A DNA stretch of 64,000 nucleotides, taken from NCBI RefSeq assembly GCF_009914755.1, contig NC_060947.1; one strand, 5' to 3'. This DNA comes from the human T2T-CHM13v2.0 reference genome, Homo sapiens. This document shows positions 43,642 to 55,800 of the stretch, one piece after another (within the stretch, counting starts at the first letter, position 1; the number at the start of each line of letters is the position of its first letter). The translations under genes were made by a program, and so were the position numbers. The notes beneath the pieces were generated by a model. The model was not told where the DNA came from. It saw nothing but the letters and a program-made list of their open reading frames with translations, and did not search any database.

Positions 43642-45758
43642 AATTCTCATGAGGCTAAGGGAAGATATTTGGGCTTCAGGGAAGCTGGGGAGAATGGTCA
43701 CAGCCAAGCTTGTAAAAAATAAATGAGGGACACAGAATACCTAATCTAAAACAACACCCATTAAAGGAGGCAGTATGAAAGGGCATTCAGCTGCTCTTGG
43801 AAGCCTTTTTGGGACAAGGACTAATTCAGCCCTGTCACTTCCCCTACAACACTCCTGTCTTGCTGGTTCACAAGCCCTGTTCAGCTGACTACTGGCTTGT
43901 GCAAGACTTCAGGGTTATTCATGAAGTAGTCCAGGACATACACCCTATGGTACCTAATCCCTATACTTTGCTGACAAGCTTATCAGGAGATAAGACAAGG
44001 TAAATCATTACATGGTTTATAATTTTGGATCTGAAAGATGCCTTCTTTTGCATACTGCTAGATACGGAGTCACAAGAGGTCTTTGCATTTGAATGGGCAA
44101 GACCAGGAATGCAGGTGAATTAGCAGTACTGTTGGAGAGTGTTATCTCAGGGATTTTTAAAATTTACCCGCAACCTTTGGGAGAATTTTGGCATGGGACT
44201 TAAGGGATTTCTGACCGAAAGAAGAATGCTTTTACAAGATGATACCTTTGTTTCTAGTAAGACTCTTAGAGATTCCCTTGAAAATACCATCCAAATACTG
44301 AGTTTTCTAACAAAAAGAGGCTATCAGATTTCCAAAAGAAAAAGCCCAAATCTCCCAAGCCCTGATCTCCAAATACTTGGAGTTTGAACCAACTAAGGGA
44401 CAAAGAAATCTTCTCCCAGACTGCTGAGAGGCAATAGCCTGGGCAGCCGTCCCTACCGCCTGCAAACAACTGTGAGGTTTTGTAAGTATAGTAGGATTTT
44501 GTTGAATTTAGATTCCAAATTTTGAACTTACAGTAAAACCTCTTTATGAGGTCCTAAAGGGAAAGGAATCTGAACCCTTGGTCAGGACCTCAGAATGCCA
44601 ACATTCTTTTAATAAAGCCAAAGAAAAGTTAATGACTGCTCCTGCACTGGGTCTTCCAAATGTCAGAAAATTTGTTGATGTATTTGTGCATGAAAAACAA
44701 GGCATGAGCTTGGGAGTCCTAACTCAAAGTTTGGGACCTTACTGGAGATCAATTGTTTATTTCACTAAATAGCTTGATCAGGTGGTGAAGGGTTGGCTTC
44801 CCTGCCTCCAAGCAGTAGTTGCAACTTGTTACCTCCTCTAGGAGGCTGAAAAGTTAACTCTCAGACAGCCATCACCATTCACACACTGCATCACATCCTC
44901 CCTCTCTTACAGCAAAAAGGAGGGGTATTAGCTGACTCCAGAGAGGTTAGGGAAATCCAGGCTATGTTCTTTTACAAACCAGAGTTAAAAATAAAGGCGG
45001 TCTCAGTTCTTAACACTGCTACCTTAAAGCCTACAGAAACGGAGCCAGGGCTACACCTAATTTTCTTCAGAATATTCAGCAGATCTTTTCCAGCTGACCA
45101 AACGTGGTGTATTAGCCCTTGGCACATCCTGACCTGAAACTGTTCACAGATGAAAGCAGCTTCAAGGACCATGGAAGTCATCATGCAGGGTATGTGTGGT
45201 CGGTACCTTACAAGGCACTGTGAAAGCCAAAGCCTTATTGCCAGACACCTCAGTACCTCAGCTCAACAGCGTGAGCTCATTGCCTTACTCTTGTCATCCA
45301 ATTGGATAAGAACAAAATTGGGAATATTTATATAGACTCTAAATATGCTTTCTCTGTGGCACATGCCCATGGGGCTATTTAGAATGAGAGAGGGCCTTTG
45401 ACTAGTGATAACAAGGAAATCAAATATGTCTCTGATATTTTGGCCTTATAAGAATCTGTAAATGCCCCCAGAGTGGTGGCTATCATCCACTATCCTAGCC
45501 ATCAAAAAGGGGAAATCAACATGCCAACCTGGCAGCGAAACAGGCTGCAAAAACATTGGACTTTGAGGCCTTCTTAGCCCTGTTTGTATCGCAGGTTGAT
45601 CTTACTAAGTAAGTCTCAACCTTGCTATACTGAAGAAGACTTAAAGTGGCCCAAGGATTGGGGATTTACGTCCCCAGCCCCAGGCCATCCAGGCTAGATA
45701 TGTAATTTGGGAGGCATTATATTGGTTCCTGGAGCCCTCCTTAAAGATACAGTGAGTT

Positions 45759-46087
<329 letters not shown>

Positions 46088-49000
46088 TTAGTCCCAATAT
46101 GCAATGGGTAATCCAAAATATGATCCATCAGTGCACTCTCTGTGCTCAAAACCATCCTAAAATTGGACCCGTACCCCCTGTTCAGGGGACTCTTGAGGAG
46201 ATTCTCCATATGAGGATTGGCAAGTTGATTTCACAACAATGCTGTGAGTGCCCAAAGGCTATAGATATCCTTTTTTTTTTTTTTTGTATACACATTTACG
46301 GGATGGATGGAGGCGTACCCTACCCGAAATGGCCCACAGCTTACTTAAAGAGATAATCCCCTGGTATGGACTCCCTTTGATATTCAGAGTGACAACAACA
46401 CAACATTTGTCTCTCAGGTAGTACAGGAAATGTCTCAGATCCTAGACACTGAATAGAAACTTTACACAGCATGGTGTCCACAATCCACAGGAAAGACTGA
46501 AAAAAATGAATCATACTATAAAAAGAACAATTGCTAAGATGTGCCAAGAAACCAGTCTAACTTGGGTCAAGGTACTGCCCTCTGCCCTGCTGAGAATTCA
46601 GGTTGCTCCCTAAAGTAGGCTCCAATTGAGTGCTTTTGAAATTAAATTGCCAAATTAAAAAGTAACCTCTGTTCAAGAGTTTGCTTCTGACAGGTTGGCC
46701 TTCCCCATGGACATGCCACTTCACCCTTTCCAGGCCAGAGACCAAGTCCTACTCAAGACCTGGAGGGAAACTGGACTGGATCATCAACTGGTCCCTCAAT
46801 GGGTAGGACCCTATGAAGTCCTCCTGACCACTCATTTATCTATCAAATTGGCTGTGGTTAAACTTTGGGTACATTATACCCACAGGTAAAGATTGCCCCT
46901 CCTCAGCTCAATGTGTGAGGTAATCAACCTAAATGGACCTGTGAACCAACTGAAAACTTGAAGCTGCTCTTTAAGGAAAACTTTGCAAATAAGTAAGGCC
47001 TTCTATCATTTAATTATGATATTCTTGCTAATCCCCATAATAATATATGGGCTTATGGTGTCTCCTGAAACGAATCTTTTCCTACAATGGGCACAGCATT
47101 ATACAGATAGCCTACAACAGGAAGCTTGTGGGGTTTGTGGGCTGCTACCTATATCTAGCATTTCTGGATTACCTTGGTGGGTCTCACCTCTACAAGGAAA
47201 TGACTGAGTACATTTACAAACCTTAATGAAAAACAATTTACAAGAAAATCAGGTCCCTGGTGTTCTAACACAAGAAAATAAAAGGTTATGGCCTGTCATT
47301 AATGTAACCCTCCAAAACCCAGGTCACAGAAAACCTTTTACTATGAATCAGACTATTCGACAAACTTCTGAATATGCTGCTCCTCTCCTGAATGAGTTCT
47401 TGGCAACCCCCAAAGTTTTGACTATTAACAGTCACTATACTGAGGAAGGTTTCTATTTAGTTTGGGATGATTTCCTTTGGATGACACCCACCACCAGCTA
47501 CTTAAATCAAGTTGACACCTTAGGAACAAAAAAAATAACTCTTATGATCATTGCCCAAATATTAATATGGGCTGGATGCCCCCACAACAATGTCAACATA
47601 CTCTAGTGCTGCAACAAACTGACTGGTTTTCTACTGATTGGACACAGAGGCTAGGAATTCGATGACTAGCCCCAAATGGAACTAAATGGCTATGTGACAC
47701 TGATCTTTGGCCCTGACTACCTTATTGAATGGATAGAATGGTGCACCCTGGGTTTCCCTTGGGTCCAGTTTCATTTGGAAAACACAGATGGACAGCCTGC
47801 AGATCTCCAATATGTGTTGTACCAATGGACCAGGTTGGTTTCCACTGTTATGACCATCTCCTATCCATTTCTGTTCCCTAAGTTAGTTTAGAAAATGTTA
47901 TCTGGCATACCAGGACCCTCTCAAACTATATGCAGCATATGCTAAAGAATGCATTCAGAGGCATCTCTTTAGTGACCTCTGAAATGACCATGATGAGAAA
48001 GGCAATCTTGCAGAACTGCATGACCCTCAATGTCCTCACAGCTACACAAAGGGAAACCTATGCCATAATCAAAAACAAATGTCTTGTATACATCCCAGAC
48101 AATACAGGAAACTTTAAAGATATTCACAAATTAATACCATGTCTGACCCCATGATGTTGCTAAACCAATGGTTATCTTCTTGGTGCAACTCTATACTCTC
48201 TTGATGGAAAAAATTAATAATTCTAGCTTTGATTATAGGAATAGGCATACTCCTTTGTTGTGGATTATATTGCTGCTGCACTATATGTATAAGATTTCAA
48301 AATCACCTCTCTCAGAGGATCCTAACACCTTGTTCAATGATACTGCAAAGAATTGCTTCTGTAAGTCCCAGAACACATGAATGTTTTCACCTGCAGGTAA
48401 ATAAGGGCCATTCCCTGGACCCCTAGCAATGGCCCTTACCAGCAGGAAATAGTTACAATGAATCAACATACCAACTCCTCAAGATTGAGAAATGGAACAA
48501 TGACATTGAGGATGTTGTAACCGAGCCCTTATTTTAAGTATCAGGTTGTTTTACTTAGTCTCCTTTGTCTTTGTCCTTTTCCTCATCCGTGCATGCTTGC
48601 TGGTACGTAATCATTTCTGTAGAGAGTAATCACTAGTAATTGATTAACTTCATATCCTGAACCCCGGACCTGCTCTCAAGATTGATGAACCTGTTTCTAT
48701 TTCAAAGAACAATGATCCTTAAGTCATGCAGATCTTGATGGCATCCAAAAGTTTGATCGGGACTGATGACATCTAGAGTCCGAGGGGCACAAACAACTTT
48801 GATGATCCCACCTCCCGCATTCCTACCTTATTCATGAAATCCTCCAATTATGTTCAAAGGCAGATCAGATTTGAGAGACTGTCTGTCCTGATCTCTTGCT
48901 TTGGCTAAATCGAATAAACCTTCCTCTGCTCCTAAGCACTGATGGGTCAGGGTTTGGCTTACTGTGCATTGAATACGTGAACCAAAATTTTGGGATTTGA

Positions 49001-49204
49001 TGACAGAAACTGCTTGCTATTGCCACAAGTAGCTACAAATTAACAATACTGCACAAGACAAGATAACCCAAGCCTTATAGATTAACAATATATAGCCAAT
49101 CACTAACCAATATTATTTCTATAAACCAAAGAGAATTCCTGACAAACAACTTTGTATCAGCCCACTCTCTGTCCCCCTTTTTTGCCTTTAAAAATCTGCT
49201 TGTA

Positions 49205-50942
49205 CACAGGCAACCAAAGCAAAAATGTACAAATGGGATCACATCAAGTTAAAAAGCTTTTGCACAGCAAAGGAAACAATCAACAAAGTGAAAAGACAAC
49301 CTACAAAATGGGAGAAAACATTTGCAAACTACCCATCTGACAAGGGATTAATAACCAGAACATACAAGGAACTCAACCCACATTATAGGAAAAAAATCTA
49401 ATAAATCAAAAAATCACAAATGATTTGAATAGTCATTTCTCAAAAGAAGACATACAAATGGCAAACAGGGATATGAAAAAATGCTCAGCATCACTGATCA
49501 TCAGAGAAATGCATATCAAAACAACAAGATATCATCTCACCCCAATTAAAATGGCCTATATCCAAAGACAGGCAATAACAAATGCTGGTGAGGATGTGGA
49601 GAAAAGGGAACTCTCCTACACTGTTGGTGAGAATGTAAATTATCACAACCACTATGGAGAACAGTTTGGCAGTTTCTCAAAAAACTAAAAATAGAGCTAC
49701 CATGTAATCCAGCAATTCTAGTGCTGGGTATATACTCAAAAGGAAAAAAACAAAAACAAAAACCAGGATATCAAAGAGATATCTGCACTCCCATGTTTGT
49801 TGCAGCACTGTTCACAATAGCTAAGATTTGGAAGCAACATAAGTGTCCATCAACAGATGAATGGATAAAGTAAATGTGATCTATATGACACAGGAGGGAA
49901 AAAGAAACTATTTAGGCAGATAATGAGGGCAAAGAGTCCTCAGCAGAACTTCCCTTCTAACAAAAAGCAGCCCAAGAAATCACTTCTTTTCTAACAAAGA
50001 GCAGCCTGGAAGATCGGGCTGCAAACAAGGATAAGGAGGCTGGAAGCTTGCACTGAGGGGTATGCCAGCAGCTGCACGGATAGAAGGGGCTACCTGGGAC
50101 CAGGCATGTTCACCATGGGAGTTTCACTGCCCCTTTTTTAGCACATGCACAGTAAGAAACAAGCAACATGGAGTAGCTCAGGCTGAGGACTCACCTGCAT
50201 AATAAAAGGTTGGGGTGAGGGCTGCCAGAGATTCCCACCATATGCAGATGGCACACATGGTCCTAACCGGTTTTTCGTGCCCTATGTAGATCAGATACCG
50301 CCTCCCCACTAGCTCATCTATAAAAACCCCTGCATTTCACTGTGGGACGGCAACCCTTTTTCCAGGACCCTTCTCTGTACCAAACAACTGTTCTCTTTCT
50401 CCTATTACATTTCTGCTCTAAACCTCATATTTGGTATGTCCACGTCCTTGATTTCCTTGGCCATGAGATCAAGAACTCTGGGTGTCACCCTAGACAATGA
50501 AGATCATTATGTTAAGTGAAATAAGCCAGGCACAGAAGCACAAACATCGCATATTCTCACTTACTTGTGGGATCCAAAAATCAAAACAATTGAATTCATG
50601 GACGTAGAGAGTAGAAGGATGGTTACCAGAGTCTGGGAAGGGTACTGGGGTCTGGAGGGGAGGTGGGGATGGTTAATGTGTACAAAAATAGTTAGAAAGA
50701 ATGAATAAGACACTATTTGATTTCACAACAATGCGACTATAGTCAATAATAATTGTATATTATAAAATAACTAAAAGAGTATAATTGGATTGCTTGTAAC
50801 TCAAAAGATAAATGCTTCAGAGGATGGATACCCTATTCTCCATGATGTGATTATTACACATTGCATGCATGCATCAAAACATCTCATGTACTACACAAAT
50901 ATATACACATACTATGTACTCACAAAAATTAAAAAAATAAAT
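49205..50942 (+). mobile_element. 5'-truncated L1 (L1MA/PB-type), ORF2 end and 3' UTR
   Basis: ORF2 peptide [11 protein letters not shown]...[12 protein letters not shown]; A-tail; 15-bp duplication with two mismatches (49190-49204, 50943-50957). Confidence 0.9.
49886..50502 (+). mobile_element. ERV1 solo LTR (LTR9/MER61-like) inside the L1; 3' end and adjacent L1 sequence deleted
   Basis: Starts TGACACAGGAGGGAAAAAGAAACTATTTAGGCAGAT with a TATA box ctataaaaa; L1 resumes at atcattatgttaagtgaa with a gap relative to the L1 copy at 61570-61660. Confidence 0.75.
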
Positions 50943-52332
50943 AAAAATTTGCTTATAACAAAGGCCAGACAGAGCTCATATCCAAGTGTACCTGTGTCTC
51001 AATCTTCCTCACAGCTGTCTTCATTTTGGCTCAAGTGAACGCTTTAAATTATTTATTGTGCCTCAGCCTCTTATTTTAGGTCAACATCAAGGATGGAGAT
51101 AAAAGACATCTGCCAGATGCATACCAGGCCAGATGCATACCTGGGACCAGATGATGTTTTAATTTGCTGATGCAATGAACCAACAGCTGGTAAAGCAGCT
51201 GCAATTGGATTTTAAAACCATCACCTGCTTAATCTTTTGATAATCTTGTCATTCTCCAAGATTCCTCTGTGTTCTATACAGGTCAAATAGAAAAGTTGAA
51301 TGGGGATGTGGTGGGAATTACCACCACCTTTGCCTCTTTCAAGTCCTTGATGGTGGCACTAATCTCTGCAGTCCCTTCAGGAATGCAGTATTGCTTTGGA
51401 TTTACTATTTTCCTTGGTAGAGGATTTCTAGGGGCTTCTACCTGACCTTTCCAACCCTAACAGTTCTCACTTCACAGGTCAGAGAGCCAATGTTGGGATT
51501 ACGCAGACTGCCAAGTATGTCAATTCCAATTATGCATTCTGGAAATGGGAAAACAACCACAGGATGGTTTTGGAGACCCACTAGCCCCATTGTGGGATGG
51601 ACCTGAGCTAAAACTCCATTGATCACCTGGGCTCCATAAGCTGCCACTTTGACTGGTCAGCCACAGTGATGTTTTGGGTCTCCTGAAACTAGTGCCAGTT
51701 CAGAGCCAGTGTATAGTAGTCCCTGAAAGATCTGATTATTTCCTTTTCCCCAGTGCACAGTTAGCCTGGTAAAAGGTCATAGATTCACTTGAGGAAGGCT
51801 GGGAGAAAAACTAAAAGTATAAATTTTTGGTAGTGAACTGGGGTCCTTCCTCAAGGAAACCTAACCTCTTCATTCAAGGGATTCTGGGTCTGTAAACTGG
51901 CTTCAGTCTGGAAATTGATTGAGGAATCTGAGTCTCTGCTTTTATGATTCATGTTAAGCTTTTGTTCATTTAAGCTAGAACTTTTCTATTTATACAGATC
52001 AAATAAGAATTTAGTAGGCTTCCTACCTATTTCACTTCAAGGAGCACCATGATCAATTAGCCAACACTACAGTTCTGTGCAAATCAGACTATTGTGATTG
52101 TGGCTTTGACTCTGTTGTCCATTATGGTTAACAATGTGCACCTTGCCTTTGGTAATGGAGTACTGCCACTTGGCCCCTGCCACCCTGTGATCCAATTATT
52201 CCTATTGCATTTAAGTTTCCAACTCAGTGATTGCAGTTCCCTCTGTAATGTATGGCCTAAAGAGAAGAGAAATCATGGAGCTCTTGAAGTATGCTGGGGT
52301 TCTCCTCATAAAAATTTTTCACAGAATTGGTA

Positions 52333-52883
52333 TAAAGGAAACAAAAAAAAAATTTCACCCCCAGAATATACTGTGACATATTATTTCAAGACGGTTATTC
52401 AGAAGGCCTGCAGACAGGAATACTTCTGAAAAGCTGCCTTTTGTGGAGGAGATTTGCATCTGTAGAGAAAAATCTACATTAATTAAATAAACAGCCAGGC
52501 TTTCTCTGAGGCCCTTCCCCTTGTATAGATAGGGAAGATTAATTCAACCACAGGTTGCCATCTGTTGTTTCTGAGGGGTGCTACCTGTGAGGATTCATTT
52601 GCGTAACAAAACTGACTTTACCTCTTGCCCTTCTTATTGTCTCCCTTCCATAACCCGTCTTGCCAAGTTCCAAGTCCCTATTCTTTCTGTAACCTCAGGA
52701 TAATATAAAACCTTCAACCAACTGATCTCTGTTTTGAGCTTCATACTTTGTATGTGACTCCCATGCCCATATGCATATGAATAAACTTGTATGCCCTTTT
52801 TACCTGTTGTTAATCTATTATCAGTTAGTTTTATAGACTCATTTTTGTCAAACCTACAGGGGAAAAATTTACTCTTCCCCACA
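52333..52883 (+). mobile_element. MER34-type ERV1 solo LTR inside ERVL gag
   Basis: aaaggaaac...tttcacccccagaatata...gaaaagctgccttttgtggaggagatttgcatctgtag...AATAAA...cttccccACA; flanks GGTA/GGTG. Confidence 0.78.
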
Positions 52884-53602
52884 GGTGAAAAGTATGTCTT
52901 CTGGACCTTCCCAGTGTGGGTGAATGACAAATCCACTATAATACTCCAGTTTCCCTAAGACTTTAAATCTGGTCCTTTACATTAAACAAAGGCAAGACAG
53001 GCATTTCAACTTTGCTCTGGGCCATATTTTGATTCATATTTCAGTTAACCAACTAGCCAAACTATTAGAGTCCTTTCTAATTCCATGAGCTGCAACATTA
53101 AATGCAGAATCTCTGCTTTGTGAGCCCATATCAATAAATTTAACCTGATCAAACTTTGTGGTCCTTCCACTATTATCCTACACCCTTAGTATCTATTCCT
53201 ACAGCTGCTCGCCAGATTCTGTCTCTATCAGTTAGAAAACGGAAGTAGTTATTTGAATTGTATCACACCTCCTCACGGGTAACTCACCTTTGGGGTGTGT
53301 ATCTAGTTATAGGTCTAGAAACAAAGATAAACGATGAAGGTGGAGCCTAAGGTGAATCAGCATTGTCTACATGACAACTGCCTTGAGGGAGGCCATTATA
53401 GTTTCCTCAGGCAATGCAGGGTTAATCTCAGATTGAGATAGGAGGTCCAATACTACTGAAGGTGGACAAGCTAATGCTACTGTCAGTGAGGATGTCATTG
53501 ACACTGGGGGTGGGTATGCCACTTCTGCTGAGGTTGGGAAGACTGCTTTCACTGGGTGTGGGGAGATGTCTTCCACTGGCAAATATGACTCATCAGAATC
53601 TA

Positions 53603-53703
53603 GTGGCTTGAGCCCAGGAGGTGGAGTTTGCAGTGAGCCAAGATCGCGCCACTGCACTCCAGCCTGGCGACAGAGTGAGACTCCGTCTCAAAAAAAAAAA
53701 AAA
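53603..53703 (+). mobile_element. Short 5'-truncated Alu (end of right monomer plus A-tail)
   Basis: cttgagcccaggaggtggagtttgcagtgagccaagatcgcgccactgcactccagcctgg...poly(A); agaatc on both flanks. Confidence 0.85.
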
Positions 53704-55649
53704 AGAATCACTCCTTTATATAGGATTTGTTTTCTTTGGTCAGCAATATGAAACTCTTAAGAATCAGTATTCCTAGGATATATTTATGGCTGGATCAGTT
53801 TCACAAGACACCTTCATATTTACAAAGGGAAGCTACAAGTTCTTTTTGTCTTTCCTTAACACATCAAGCATAAAAGCAACTTGAAAAAGTACTTTATGTT
53901 AGGTATGAGTTCTAAATTTCTTTTCAAAGAATCAATATGTCAGTATGTTCAATTCTTTACCTTCTAGTTTTAACTTAACTTCCTTATAAAGCAACCTTTT
54001 TCAATTACCTGCTCCACCCTGACTAATTTCAATCACCTGTTCCACCCTGACTCATTCCGATTCCTACTCCTGCTCTGTCATAACCATTTTTCCCCCCAAA
54101 CCACTCACCCGTCACTCTCTTTAAATTAGCCAATTGGAATTAGTTTAGCCTGTGCGGTCTAATCCTAGCCAATAGGGGAATGACACAGCAGCAGGGGCCA
54201 CGTGCGTCAGGGATAAGAACCCTTCCCCTCCTTTGTCCAAGTGTGTGCTCACCATTGCTCCATCTGTAAGGGTGCACCCTTCTATAGAAGTAACTTCCCT
54301 TGCTGAGAATTAAAAGAAAATTTTATATTCGAGTGCTATTTCTTTTGTGGCACCAAACTTTATATATAACAATTTGGGGGCTCCCCTGTGATTACGTTCC
54401 CCTCCGGGGACAGTCTCTGGTTCTCTCTCGTGAGGAGGCGCGGCCTGCCGCCTTGTGGTGGCCTCAGGGGTGAGAAATCAAGACCCACCCAGTGCGAGGA
54501 ATAACCCAAGCTCTCAGCAACGCGGGGGGAAAAAAAACTGGCCAGCAACCTAGCTTAAAGGATCCTCACATACTGCGGCAATGACTCTGTGCACAGACCA
54601 AGGAAGGAGAAGCCACGGGAGCGGGTAAAGTATTCCGTTGGTGGTCGGAACCAAGGTAAGAAAGTGAGGGGGGAGCGGAGGAGGTGAAGTACTCCTTGGC
54701 TGGGGTGGCTTAGAGTTTAAAAAGAGGCGAGACATCCCCACTGGTGGGGATTGAACCTCACACGAACCTCCAGGAGTAGAAAAGGCAAGAAATTTCCAGT
54801 GGGGGAAATGAGCCTCACCCCAAAAAGTGAGAAATTATCAGTAAGGGAAATTGAACCTTGAACCTTACCCCAAAACCATCAAGATAGACTGAGGGAGCGA
54901 ATGAGGCAATATGAAAGCCTCAATTTGGATGATCCCCTTGGGCAAGGAAGGTTGAAACTCCAATTTGTCACTAAAAGTTGGCCAGACATTTCAAAAAAGT
55001 TACAAAAGATAGACAATTGGGAAGACCGTCCCCTAAGTGAGCTTCTCAGGGAAGCTCAGAAAGTATACGTGAGTATACATGAAAAGGGACGAAGAAAAAC
55101 AGAAACAAAAGACAAAACTTATGTTTTCCACCTTTCAACAGATGGCTCCAAACCCAGGTACTTCTAGACAGTTTCCAGGGAGCTAGAAACTATAAAGGGT
55201 CCGAACCCTCTTTTAAAGGATCCCAGCCTCCATCTGGAGGACCAAGGTCCTCGTCTACCAGGCCCCCTAAAGAGTATGGGGGAGCAGGGTTAAAGAATCC
55301 CAGAACTAAGGAGGAAGGACAAGATAGGTGCTGTAGATGTGGAAGAACAGGCCACTTCAAGAGAGGATGTCCTGAACTAAGAAAGGAGAAAGAAGCCCTT
55401 CCACCCATAACTTTCGAGGAAGAATAGGGGGGTCAGGGGCTCTGTCTCTTGAGTCCCACCAGGAGCCCTTGATAAATTTGGAGGTGGGACCTAAACATGA
55501 GCTTATCACCTTTTTAGTCGATTCAGAGGCTGCTCGCTCCTCTGTTTGTTTCCCCCCGTCTAATGTTGTCTCCTCCTCAGAGGAACTTTTATTCTCCGGG
55601 GTAAAAGGGGAAGGAGAGGGGAGAACAGCAGCATAAGTGGCTGGCAGAG

Positions 55650-55800
55650 GCAGGGAAAGACCAGCAGAGAGGAGAGAGACAGAGGAGGGAAAGAGAGAGA
55701 GAGGAAAAAGAGAGAGAGAGAGGAAAAACAGAGAGAGGAAGAGACAAAGAGGGAGTTAGAGAGAGAGAGAGAGAGAGAGATAGAAGTAGTAAAGAGAAAA
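55650..55800. repeat. (GA)n purine-rich low-complexity tract inside the provirus
   Basis: agagaggagagagacagaggagggaaagagagaga...gagagagagagagagaga. Confidence 0.9.

Larger units (their letters stand above)
51087..53750 (-). mobile_element. ERVL internal region, 5' part (gag, protease, RT start), continuation of 37535-40602
   Basis: Protease AYGAQVINGVLAQV...FPECIIGIDILGS; RT sequence continues across the 40603-51086 insertion. Confidence 0.82.
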
